Shown piece by piece: positions 23,880 to 34,379 of a DNA stretch of 64,000 bases. The translations under genes and the position numbers were made by a program. How positions within the stretch are numbered: position 1 is the stretch's first letter; each line of letters starts with the position of its first letter. The DNA lies in the NCBI GenBank assembly GCA_010909165.1, contig VJWM01000193.1:351058-415057 (forward strand). The letters are read 5' to 3'. Under the pieces are notes generated by a model that was given only the letters and a program-made list of their open reading frames with translations, had not been told where the DNA came from and searched no databases. The stretch is from Anthoceros angustus. Its lineage: Eukaryota; Plantae; Anthocerotophyta.

Positions 23880-24150
23880 GAACTGGAGCTGGGATTGGAG
23901 TTTGGAGCATGAGTTGGAGCTGGAGCTGCTGATATTGGAGTTTGGAGCATGAGTTGGAGCTGAAGCTAGAATCACACTTGGAGCATAAGTTTGAAGAGGT
24001 CAAGCAGTCTCTTCGTTATTTATAAAGAAAAATGCATAAAATGCATGCGCATTGGGCTTGGGGAAGGGCTTGGGGGAGCTAGAGAGAGCTTGGGGGTGAC
24101 CTTGGGGAGCTCGGGGGTGAGCTTGAGGGAGCTTGGGGGCGAGCTTGGGT
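23880..24150. repeat. Degenerate TTGGAGC / GCTTGGGG short-unit repeats, probably inside an unclassified TE or solo LTR (~23700-24880)
   Basis: Repeats visible; a ~40-bp motif TTGGACTCCA..GGGTCTAATTTTGAGAGAGT recurs three times in 24460-24725. Confidence 0.5.
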
Positions 24151-26006
24151 GAGTTGGCACATTTCTCCGAAAGAGGTTTTATATGTCTTGAGTTTTTTTT
24201 TCGATGCGGCATGGCATGCAAGGAATACTACGTGGCCAATATCAAAATTTTTGAAGATCTATAATTCTCACCAAACACCACACGGCGTCCATGCCGGAGA
24301 AATACCATACTTCAACTTGAGTCTCCGGAAGAATTCCTCTCAAATTTATGAGTGGATAGTTTCTACTTGAAATATTAAGTTTGGAGCCAGGTTTCTAAGA
24401 GGTGGAGATGATTTATGAGCCTTACAAAAGTGGCTAATTTAGAGCTGTCATGTCACTGCACTTGGACTCCAGACTAAAGGGTCTAGTTTTGAGATAGTGA
24501 AGAGGGTTGGAGAGATGCTTGAACTTGAACTCCATATTGAAGGGTCTAATTTTGAGAGAGTCCAAGAGAGCTGGGTCTCAATATGGGCACATACCTATGT
24601 ATAGGGTAGAGAAATAGCAGCCCCTTGCGTACAGATGGTGTGTAAGCCTTAGAAAATTTTTGATCAGAGCTGCCTGATTGCTGAACTTGGACTCTAGATG
24701 GAAATGTCTAATTTTGAGAGAGTCGAGAGACCTGGAGTCCCGGTATAGTTATGGCAAACATCCATGCATACATAAGAGAAACATTGAGCCCTCTCCCCCT
24801 TCCTTTCTTCCTCGTAACTTTCTTTTTTCTCTTCTCTTTGCAGCTTGGAGAGAGGTGCCCCTTTCCTTGGGAATACTACATGACAATATACTAGTTTTCC
24901 ATCTGGCCAAGCTAGTTAGTGTGTAACTATGAAGATTCTTCTCCCATTTCTAGATATTAAACACAATAGAAAATATAGTTCTATTTCTTTCCTTTGCATC
25001 TTTTTGATAAAAATATTTAAATACAAAACAAAACGTCAACATAAGAGAGAGATATTGCATCTTTCCAATAAAAATATTGAAATAAAAAATAATGCCAACA
25101 TAAAAGAGAGATGACTCAAATACGGTATTAAAACCATAGATTAACCTCATCATATTAAGCCAACAAAAAAGAACCTCTAATCCAATAAAGAATCAGAACA
25201 AGAGCTATGATTAAAAGTTCTAAAGACAACATGAAAAACAAGAACAAGAACAACAAACAAGGACAAATAAAGATAACTATGAAAACAAGAAGACGTTCCA
25301 CAGTTTCAATAGGTAGCAAGGAATCATGATGATATTGATGTATATTGTGTAATAGATAGTACATATGAAAGACATACATACTATTGGATTTGTTTCTCCA
25401 TGACGTCCCCTTAATTCTGTCGCATTATGTGTCTGCCAAGGCAAAAAGTTTACCTGACCAAGGCATAAGGTTCACCATCACGCATCAAGGTGAAGCCTGT
25501 ACTGAAAATCGATTCTCTTTCACCCTGACAATAACCAAACAAAAAGCGAACACCGAGGAATAAATTGAACTGGGTGTTAAGAGTCCAGTCTCATTCTGGA
25601 GTTCCCCGACAATCCAACCCAACGACAGTGGGAACGAAAGAGATGAAGTGGACATGGTGTGTCACTTTGTGTACTTGCCTTGTTCCTTTCCCGACAGCAA
25701 CCAACAAGAGTGAATACATGTGCACTTGCCTTGTTCCGTTCCCGACAGCCACTAACAAGGTGTCGGGAACTAACAAGGGTGAAGACTTGAATTGTGTGAA
25801 TATGCCCAGACAACCATGGCTGGTGTCGCCATTGTATGTATGTACGCACACAACCATGCAATATGTCGCAATTGTCGCATAGAGCACTTGCCTTTCGCCT
25901 TTTGAGTTGTGATCTTCCGGCATTCATCATATGTACCAAAATTGTGGATTGGATGTGTACTTGTACTGCTATACTAGTGAATGTACATATTGAGGCTATG
26001 TACATA

Positions 26007-26525
26007 CAGTCGGCCCCCCCTAATTGGGAACTCTATAAATGGGATTCCTCTCTAAATGGGACCTCCCATCCTACTCCCTTTAGTTTACAATGTAATAAAT
26101 GGGATTTTTCCTAAATGATAATTGGGACCTTTTGAAACATACATTCATGTTAGTTTCACCTCCCTAAATGGGATTTCTATTTTTTTACTAAAAATTAAAA
26201 AGAAAGAAAAAGAATCGATTATTTGAGCACAATAGACTTTTAGGTGTGATTGAAGACTCTTAAGCTAAGCTTTTCCTTTATGATAGGTATAGGTTTTTGA
26301 TGTTGCTTAGAGAAAGCGCTAGCTTTCAAACAACTATATAGAGAAGTGGTAAAAGTTATTTTTAGTAAAACCTATCAATCAAAATTTAAAATTTTCTTTG
26401 TTTTTGGGTATTTTTGATTTTTAGATTTTATAATATTTTATTATTTTTAAATAGGAAAATATAATCGGACACCTCCTTAATGGGACCTCTAAAGGCACTC
26501 CAACCAGTCCCAATTAGGGGTGGGT
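26007..26525. mobile_element. Tc1/mariner (pogo-like) MITE, copy 2
   Basis: TA|CAGTCGGCCCCCCCTAATTGGGA ... TCCCAATTAGGGGTGGG; colinear with the other two copies; right TIR slightly eroded. Confidence 0.88.
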
Positions 26526-28677
26526 ATATGTGCTCTCGGCATTTTGCGGATCTCTGATGGACTTGTCTTTTGAACCGTGGTGTACCAGCCTTTTGAGGCG
26601 TGATCTTCCCGACATTCGTACGCCAACCTTATGGTGATCTTCTGACATTCGTATGCCAACCTTATGGATTGGATTTGCGAATGTCCTATAGTGTACTTGT
26701 CTTTTGAGCCGTGATGTAATGTGGTGTAGCAGTCGTGTGAGCCGTGATCTTCCGACATTTGTACGCCAACCTTATGGATTGGATATGACATCTGTGCTAA
26801 GACCATCACACTGTGTCGTGTACTGGTCGGTGTAAGGTGACAAGGTTCCTATGTACATTGATTGTACCAAGGTATGAAATCTCCGGACTGTATGTGTAGT
26901 GTTGAGAATGATATCCTAAACACATCCTCCCAAGAGTGCTCCATAACTAGGAATACTTACCTGCATTGGAGATGAGAAAGATGGAAATAGAATGCAGGAT
27001 TTGTTACATCCTGCGAGCCTCGGCTCAGCCAGGTTAGAGCGCCTGATCCAAAGGCAAGAACGACAAAAGCATTAGGGCGCCGAAGCGAGGGTTCAAATTG
27101 CGGGTGCCTATGAAATAATGTAGGCCCGTTCACACCGGGAAGGAAAGGACGATGCTGCACAAATCCCGCACATTTTCTGCCACACCAGGAACAAGAGAAA
27201 GGCAGACGAGAGCGGGGCATGACCTGATCGCTGCCTGCGTCCACTGCTTCCCGATTGCGCCTCTCTGAATTGGGCTTCTTCTGGAATGCAAGGTGTGCGA
27301 TGAGGTGCCGCCCCCCAGCTCCCCCCAATTCTGCTCAGGAACGAGCCCACCCGCCCTCCGGCATGGCAAGCGGGGTGAGCTAAGGCCGGCATGGGGCGAT
27401 GAGGAAGGGCGGGCCTGTGGTGGAGGGGGGAGGATTGCCTGGCCGTTCCTTGCTCTTGCCTTGCTCCTCCGCGGCTGCTTGAAGGACGAGGCCGGTGGGG
27501 ATCAGGCCGGCTTTGCGATTCCTGGGGGAGCAGGAGTCCTTGCGGTATTGGGTTTGCGCCGGCTTGTCGGGAGGGACGCAAGAAGCGAGGTTCCTGCGAT
27601 GCTGCCGCTGATTGGAAGCGCTGCTTCTTCGAATGCGACCTGCTGAGGAAGGTATGGTCACGTCCCCGATTGCTGCTTCTCTTGGGTTCCGTCAATCGCA
27701 TCTTGGAGGCGACGGGGCGGACTTGGGCGCGCTCCAAGGGTCGTTGGGCTGTCGCAGGGGAAGGGGAGGGAAGGACGAATTTTTTGTGGGTCGTGCGTGT
27801 TGTGTCTGGTGTGCTCCATTTGTTGTTTGTCTTTCCGGGCTAACCACTGCACCGCAAGCGATTAGCGCACTCACAGTCCTCGTCCTCGTCACGCTCCAGG
27901 CCCTCTCCAATCCTTGTAGGCAGGCGATGTTTGAAGGAAATCTGCATTGGTACTGTTGGGTTTAGTGCGTGAGCGAAATGTAGGGACGTTTGTTTGCGGC
28001 GACTGCGCGTTGGGTAGGGAGTGTGAGAGTTGCATCAAAGGGGCTAGTCGTTGAGCAGAGACTTGTGGAGGCCACGGATCGCTCCTCAGGCTTTTACCCT
28101 TTGGCGTGCTTTCATAGCCCAGATTCTTTGTTATCTGTATCCGTTTTGCCTGTTCAAGACGTCTCATCATCGTTTACAGCGTTCTGAACCTCCTTCTTGC
28201 CTCTCTGACGGAGTTTTATTTGACCACTCTCTTGTGGTTGATCTCTTTCTTGTGGGTTTTGTCACAGTTTTTATCTGCGTTTAGTGCATGGCAAGTGGAG
28301 GCGTTGAGAGCCATTGAGGCGCATTGGGAATCATTAGGAGGTACTGGAAGCTACTGGTAGGCTTTGGAAGGTGTTGGGAAGCATTGAGAAGGGTTGAGGG
28401 GCATTGGGGAGAATTGAGAAGCCGTTCAAGGGATTTCGGCTGTAGTGCTAAGCATCCCTTAGTGTCAGAGAATGCTGAAGTTTGCTTCTGGACAAGTCCT
28501 TGGGGCTCAGTCAGGCTGAAATATCTCGTTGCTGCAACTACTGTGGACAAGTTTTGTGAAGCTTCGGGTGTGAAACAGTTACAGTCAAGCTCGATTCGGC
28601 GACCTCAAGCTCCGTCCTCAAGCAAAGTTCGGCACCCGCAAGCTCTATTGGGCGGACGCTGCACATGTAGTTCAGCA

Positions 28678-28749
28678 ATGGAGTGTAACAGGGATGAGGC
28701 ACTTCGTGTAAAGGACATTGCTGACATAAAATATGCACAAATTTTATGA
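28678..28749 (+). other. Upstream partial duplicate of the DnaJ gene start, forming a 23-codon uORF (MECNRDEALRVKDIADIKYAQIL*)
   Basis: About 28560-28745 duplicates about 28750-28905, including the GCAATGGAG start context. Confidence 0.8.
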
Positions 28750-28843
28750 GGTTTTAGGTGTGAGGCAGTTCTAGTCAAGCACAGCTGGGTGGATTCGGTG
28801 TCCTCAAGCTCGATTGGGCGCACGTCGAACAAGTAGTCCAGCA

Positions 28844-31780
28844 ATGGAGTGTAACAGGGATGAGGCACTTCGTGCAAAGGGCATTGCTGAGAGCAAGTAT
28901 GCTCAGAGGGACCTTGCAGGTGCGAAGAAATTTCTAAACAAGGCAATGAGGCTCCACCAAGGCTTGGAGGGGCTCTCTCAACTCCATGCTGTGGTTGATG
29001 TGGAGCTTGCGGCCCAGCAAAAGGTTACCATGACCGACTCGGACTGGTATAGCATTCTCCAGACTGACCCTGTTGCTGATGAGGCAACAATAAAGAAGCA
29101 ATATCGAAAATTAGCTCTGGCGCTGCATCCAGACAAGAACAAATTTGTGGGTGCAGAGGCTGCCTTCAAGCTTATTGGAGAAGCCAATGCTATTCTTACC
29201 AACAAAGAGAAGAGACAGCAATTTGATTTGCGGAGAACTCTGTCCCTGAAGTCGGCTCTGCGGCAACCTGGAGCTTTTAATGGGCACGTATCACCTGGAA
29301 CAGATGTTCAGGAACCCTTTTGGACCATGTGCCCAGCGTGCAGGACTGAGTTCCAGTATTTGCGAAGGTATGTCAACCACCGTGTTGAGTGTGTACACTG
29401 CAAGGCTTCTTTCATAGCCACCATATGGCCCAGCGACCAATTTCGGTGGAACCAGCACACAGATGCCAACAAAGTGGCAGGAGGTTCCAATGGTTCAGCG
29501 GCTGACAAGACCCATCTTGGTACAGGGGCAGCAAATGCCTCCTTTCCTGCACCATTTGTTCATCCAGCAGCTGCAAGTGCAGCGAGGGAAGCAGGAACTG
29601 GCCAGAAATCCGAGGATGTTGTGCAGCAGACATATGCAAAGGTCAAGAGGGAAAGGGTTGAGGCTGAGAGGGAAGCAAAGAAGGTGTTACAGAGGGGAAG
29701 GAGGGGAAAGGATCAGGAGGAGCCGATCTCAAAGGATAAAATGCCAGTAGAAGATAATAATGAATCTAGCCAGAGGAAGAAGGATGATAACTTGCAGGAG
29801 AAGGTGTCGGATGTGAAGCAGGCATCGATGGAGGCAGAACCTGAGAAAAAGGCTAGGAAGTCACGGAAGAGGCCTGAGCAGAAGTCTAGCAAGTCAAGGA
29901 AGAGGTCAAGGAGGACAGGTGACGGCAGTCAACAGCTGGAGGAGGATGGTGGTGAAGAGGAGGAGGAGGAGGAGGAGGATGAGGAGGAGGAGGAGGAGGA
30001 GGAGGAGGAGGAGGAGGAGGAGGAGGAGGAGGAAGAAGAAGAAGAGGAGGAGGAGGAGGAGGATGCGATGGAGGAAGATGAGGATGAAGATTTCAAGGTA
30101 GAGGTGTCCAGTGATGGGGAGGAAGAAGAAGAACCTCCTACCAAGCTGCGTAGGTCACTTCGAAAGAGAAATAATAATGTTGCTTACACTTATGGTGATA
30201 CTGATGATGAAAAGGAGGATGATGAGCTTCTTAACTTCGTAGCTGGCAAGAATTCTAACTTGGAAGACAAAATAAATGTTTCAGCCGGTAGCAGGGCAGG
30301 GGCACCAAACTTTAGCAGCTCCACAGTTGCTGCAAATGGGAATTCCTCCATGCATGATGAGCAACAGAACACATCTACGAAGGTGGATGGGCAGTCCAAA
30401 AATCCAGGAAAGGCTCGTTCAGTGGATGGTATGGGGAATCGTCAGAGGAGTAATGGTGACTGTAAGGCAGATGGAGCCTCAAAAACTGACGAAGTGGCAG
30501 ATCAGGCAGTTGGGGGGGAGAACAGTGAATCCGAGTGGCAGGAGTATCTTTCCAAGGGTGACAAGAAAGAACGATGTGCTGTTAATCTGATTCATAGTAA
30601 AGAGGTCAAGGACAGCATGAGATACTGTCAGACAGAGCCTGATATTCCAAGATCGGGGGTAAAGGGAAAGCAGGTTGTGATAGAAAATATGTCAGCTACT
30701 ACTTTGGAGAGCTCCAGGAGGAAGGATGTGACAGGCATTATGCATGCCAATTTCTCTGCTTCCCCTGAAGGAGGAAAATTTGGCTTCAATATCAGGAACA
30801 TGGTTGAGGATTCCAAAGAGGAAGGAGGGGCTAAGTCCCGACAGCTCCGGCAGAGGAAGAATGTAGATGGGAATGGGACAGTGAATAGGAGCTCAGGAGC
30901 GAATGGACGGCAGCTGGAGCCAAAGTTATCATCAGGTGGAAGGGCGGTCGAGAAATCAAGCCCTTTATCTGCACCAGCTCCGAAGACAACATGTGTGACT
31001 TCTGCAGGAAAGCAGTCTTCCACTGCCCTGCCAACAACCCCTTCCTCTTGCCCTCCTTCCTTGAGTGAGGCTGATATTGAGGTCCCTGACCCCGATTTTC
31101 ACGTATTTGACAATGAAAGGTCAGAGACAGAGTTTGCTGAAGGGCAAGTGTGGGCAATTTATGATGATGATGATGGGATGCCAAGGTTTTATGGCAAGAT
31201 TGACAAAGTTGTTGTCTCTCCTTTCAAAGTGCGGATGCATTGGCTGGAGACATACAATCAGAGTGCCAAATGGGTGAATCACACTAAACTGGCGATACCA
31301 TGTGGGGATTTCAAGTTGGGCAAGTCTACTGATGTGAAGGCAGTTAACATCTTCTCTCATTTGGCCACGGTGGGGAAGGGTTTAAAAAACGTGCTGAAAA
31401 TATATCCCAGGAAGCAGGAGGTATGGGCCATGTACCAGAATTGGGAGGAGCAATGGCCAACTGCAAACGGAGAAGGGAGGAAGTATGACATGGTGGAGGT
31501 GATCAGCGATTTCAGTGAAGCGGAGGGTGTGAATGTAGCACCTCTGACCAAACTCTCGGAGTACAAATCTGTTTTCAGACGAAAGCCAGGTGTTGTGGAC
31601 TTTCATCCTGCAAAGCACCTGCTTCGATTCTCCCACAGAGTTCCTGCTTACAGATTGGCTGGCACCGAGGCAGAAGGATTATCCAGGGACTGCTGGAGCC
31701 TGGACACAGCATCCATGCCTAATGACCTCATGAATGCATCGCTGGGACCTGGACACAGCACCATGAATGCAGCCTCTTGA
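28844..31780 (+). CDS. Class C J-domain protein with zinc ribbon, poly-Glu tract and C-terminal DUF3444 (978 aa, intronless CDS)
   Basis: MECNRDEALRAK family start; J-domain DWYSILQ...KKQYRKLALALHPDKNKFVGAEAAFKLI; FWTMCPAC...CVHC; DUF3444 PDPDFHVFD...GQVWAIYDDDDGMPRFYG...IYPRKQEVWAMY...RFSHRVP...CWSLD. Confidence 0.95.
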   Translation: MECNRDEALRAKGIAESKYAQRDLAGAKKFLNKAMRLHQGLEGLSQLHAVVDVELAAQQKVTMTDSDWYSILQTDPVADEATIKKQYRKLALALHPDKNKFVGAEAAFKLIGEANAILTNKEKRQQFDLRRTLSLKSALRQPGAFNGHVSPGTDVQEPFWTMCPACRTEFQYLRRYVNHRVECVHCKASFIATIWPSDQFRWNQHTDANKVAGGSNGSAADKTHLGTGAANASFPAPFVHPAAASAAREAGTGQKSEDVVQQTYAKVKRERVEAEREAKKVLQRGRRGKDQEEPISKDKMPVEDNNESSQRKKDDNLQEKVSDVKQASMEAEPEKKARKSRKRPEQKSSKSRKRSRRTGDGSQQLEEDGGEEEEEEEEDEEEEEEEEEEEEEEEEEEEEEEEEEEEDAMEEDEDEDFKVEVSSDGEEEEEPPTKLRRSLRKRNNNVAYTYGDTDDEKEDDELLNFVAGKNSNLEDKINVSAGSRAGAPNFSSSTVAANGNSSMHDEQQNTSTKVDGQSKNPGKARSVDGMGNRQRSNGDCKADGASKTDEVADQAVGGENSESEWQEYLSKGDKKERCAVNLIHSKEVKDSMRYCQTEPDIPRSGVKGKQVVIENMSATTLESSRRKDVTGIMHANFSASPEGGKFGFNIRNMVEDSKEEGGAKSRQLRQRKNVDGNGTVNRSSGANGRQLEPKLSSGGRAVEKSSPLSAPAPKTTCVTSAGKQSSTALPTTPSSCPPSLSEADIEVPDPDFHVFDNERSETEFAEGQVWAIYDDDDGMPRFYGKIDKVVVSPFKVRMHWLETYNQSAKWVNHTKLAIPCGDFKLGKSTDVKAVNIFSHLATVGKGLKNVLKIYPRKQEVWAMYQNWEEQWPTANGEGRKYDMVEVISDFSEAEGVNVAPLTKLSEYKSVFRRKPGVVDFHPAKHLLRFSHRVPAYRLAGTEAEGLSRDCWSLDTASMPNDLMNASLGPGHSTMNAAS
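29954..30061 (+). repeat. (GAG)n/(GAA)n microsatellite encoding 36 acidic residues (35 Glu + 1 Asp)
   Basis: Directly visible, in frame in the DnaJ CDS. Confidence 0.95.
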
Positions 31781-34379
31781 GCTTGTGTTGTTGTAGAGCT
31801 GGTGGAGCTTGGCAAGTACTCCCAACTTTGACGTGCACATATCATCATCCTGTTTTAAGTTAGGTACATGTTATGGAGAGAATGTGCCAGGGAAGACGGG
31901 GATCTTGGCACCTCGTAGTTAAGAGATGTAGAAGTTGGTGAAAGGGAGCGCAGAGTCCTTCCTCGAGAAACTGGTGATCACGGCATGGGAAGGGATGGTT
32001 CTTAAAAACTGGGGTATAGAAACATATGGGGGAGAAAACTATGCTTGCGCCGGCTTGAAGGAACGAAGGTTATTTAGCAAACTGCTTTGCCAGGCATCGA
32101 GACCCATGACTTCTGCGGAGGAAGGTACGCTTCACCGAACAGCGGCTTCTGCCTTCTGACGCAATCAAAGATGAATGTGGGACCTTGGTAAATGCCTTTC
32201 ATGCCTTGTTCAAATATTGCAGTCACCTCACATGGCTGTGCGGTGGTGCGATGGTCCGTGCAGACACAGGAATGAAGCGAAGCCCGCAAGCCTTTCTCGA
32301 GCCCGCTGAGCTGCTGCTGCGTCTTGGGCCCCGATTGCCCTGCCAATTTTGTCCGAGTGCAGGGCACCTACGGACACTGTAGCAGCCCTGTATCCAAGCC
32401 CTAATGCGCGCCATGGGCTTGGTGAATGGGCACCCGACCTTGCTATGGGCACCGACCTTGCTGCTGGAGGTGGCATTTTTTAGAACATCGCCTTCAGCTG
32501 CTTGTAGCCTGTACTTGTGCGTTGTACATTGTAAGTCACTTGCGGCGGACTTGATGTTGCCACCAAACTGTTGAATTGTGGCATCTTCCTGACTAGAAAT
32601 TCAGGTGGGATCCTGCTACCTGTATTAGATCAGCTAATCTCGAGGCCGCGACGCCTCCAGTTTTGGGGACCTAACGCGGTTAACGTCCGCTCACGCTGCC
32701 TTCACGTCATCACTTCCAAGCTGCCGGCAACCATGGTGGCAAATTTGTTAGGCAGATTTGCCAGCTCTTCCCTCGTAAACTCTTCTTCTCGTGCTGCAGG
32801 AGTGCGGCTTTCTTTTTTATTCTTTTGTAAGTGGAATGGGAGTGCTGTTTTTTCTTTCGTAAGCGGAAAAGCACTGCGGATTATCTCTTTGTTTCGCCAT
32901 TAGCCATGTCCGGTCTCTGCATCTCGTCCACCATGGCTCTCCTTCTCCCCACCCTGTCTCCCGAGGAGAGAGCTCTCCATTGCTGTCCTCTTACCATGCA
33001 GAACACGAGTACAAATGGAGAGATCAGAGAGTGCTACTCATCCCACATAGACAGTCCTCTGTCCGAAGCTCTCAACACACGGCTCCCTTCGATTTCACAC
33101 TCTAAGCTGCACAGCTTCTTACATCCAACGGCTCTGCATCTTGTACCTTTGTTCTTGTATCTCGTCGCATTGCGACAGCGGACAGGAGTGGATTTGAAGG
33201 TATTGGATGTCAAGTGTCTGTTTTGAGTGAAAATGTGTATGTCCTTTGTATCTCATGTTATGCATCGCTACCTCCCTGCCCTACAGTACTGCAGCGCAGC
33301 GCGCAGAAGTTAGTGCGAATCGTTAGCGACTGCAGCGACAACCGACTTGGAGGACGTGTTTGTTCACTATGTGGATGTTGCGGGGAAGCTTAGTCCTCTG
33401 CAGTCACGGTAGTTGATGCCAGGAGCTAAGTCACATTGGTATTGTGCCGTTGACAATCGCCGCAGCTCGCCACTTTCAGCGGGATGGGAACCATATGCGT
33501 GCATTGTGCAACGTTATCAGAGAGGATTTGGAGAGACCTCGAAGGTCGCGGTTAAGAGCAGCTCAGCTCCAGACCTGAAGTTACCTATGCAAGTCTACAT
33601 GATGTCATCACCACGGAGGGAGAGCTCTCCATCAGTGTGAACTCTCCATCAGAGTGAAAGGTCAGAAATATGTAGTCGATGGCTATGGCATTGGCCTGCA
33701 TACATCTAGCCAGTCCGGACAAGGACAATCGCAAGTGCTACAGCCCCCTGCAGTGCATACGCCCTGCTCTCTCCAGTCTCCCTCTCCTAGCTCCGTTGTG
33801 GCCTTGAAGCAGCTCAGGATGGAGCGGCTCGGGAGCTTGGAGGGTATACATGCAGACTATGCAGTGCAGAGCAGTATTTGATTCTACGTATGGACCGTGC
33901 AGCCGCAGAGTCACAGGCTTGCGCGGCTTGCAGAGAACTCAGTCTGTCGCTGCGCACCAATATGACTGTAGACAGTCGTGTTTTCGGGATCAGCTTCTTC
34001 AGATTGATGTCAAAGCGTCAGGACTCAGAAAGTTCTGTGCCATTTTGGAACTTGTGGCTCACCTGGTGCTGCTGCCGTTCAGGCTAGGAGCACCACTTTT
34101 GAGAGGAGTAATCGACAGTACGGTGTGGGCAATCTCTTGGCAAGCTTCCAGGTTTGTTTTCAAACCTTGAGGACGGTCTCAGAACTCGTCCTCAGCAAAT
34201 GCAATAATCTTGCTGCCAGAACAACCTGGAAGAGATCTCAGTTTGTCGCTAGTTCTGTGATTGCATCTCAAGGGAAGAGTGCTTGGGCGTCTGACATGCT
34301 GGGTTTGCTAAAGATAGGTCGCCATGTATCCAAGAGAGACGCAGCTGCATGATGCAGCGGTCATAGAAGCTCCGTATGA

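Noticed and set aside
26957-27737. Spliced minus-strand gene divergent from the DnaJ gene
   Set aside because: Good-looking splice sites but no consistent or recognisable reading frame; long ORFs are explained by high GC.
29919-30144. Poly-Arg and poly-Ser ORFs
   Set aside because: Alternative-frame and antisense readings of the GAG microsatellite.
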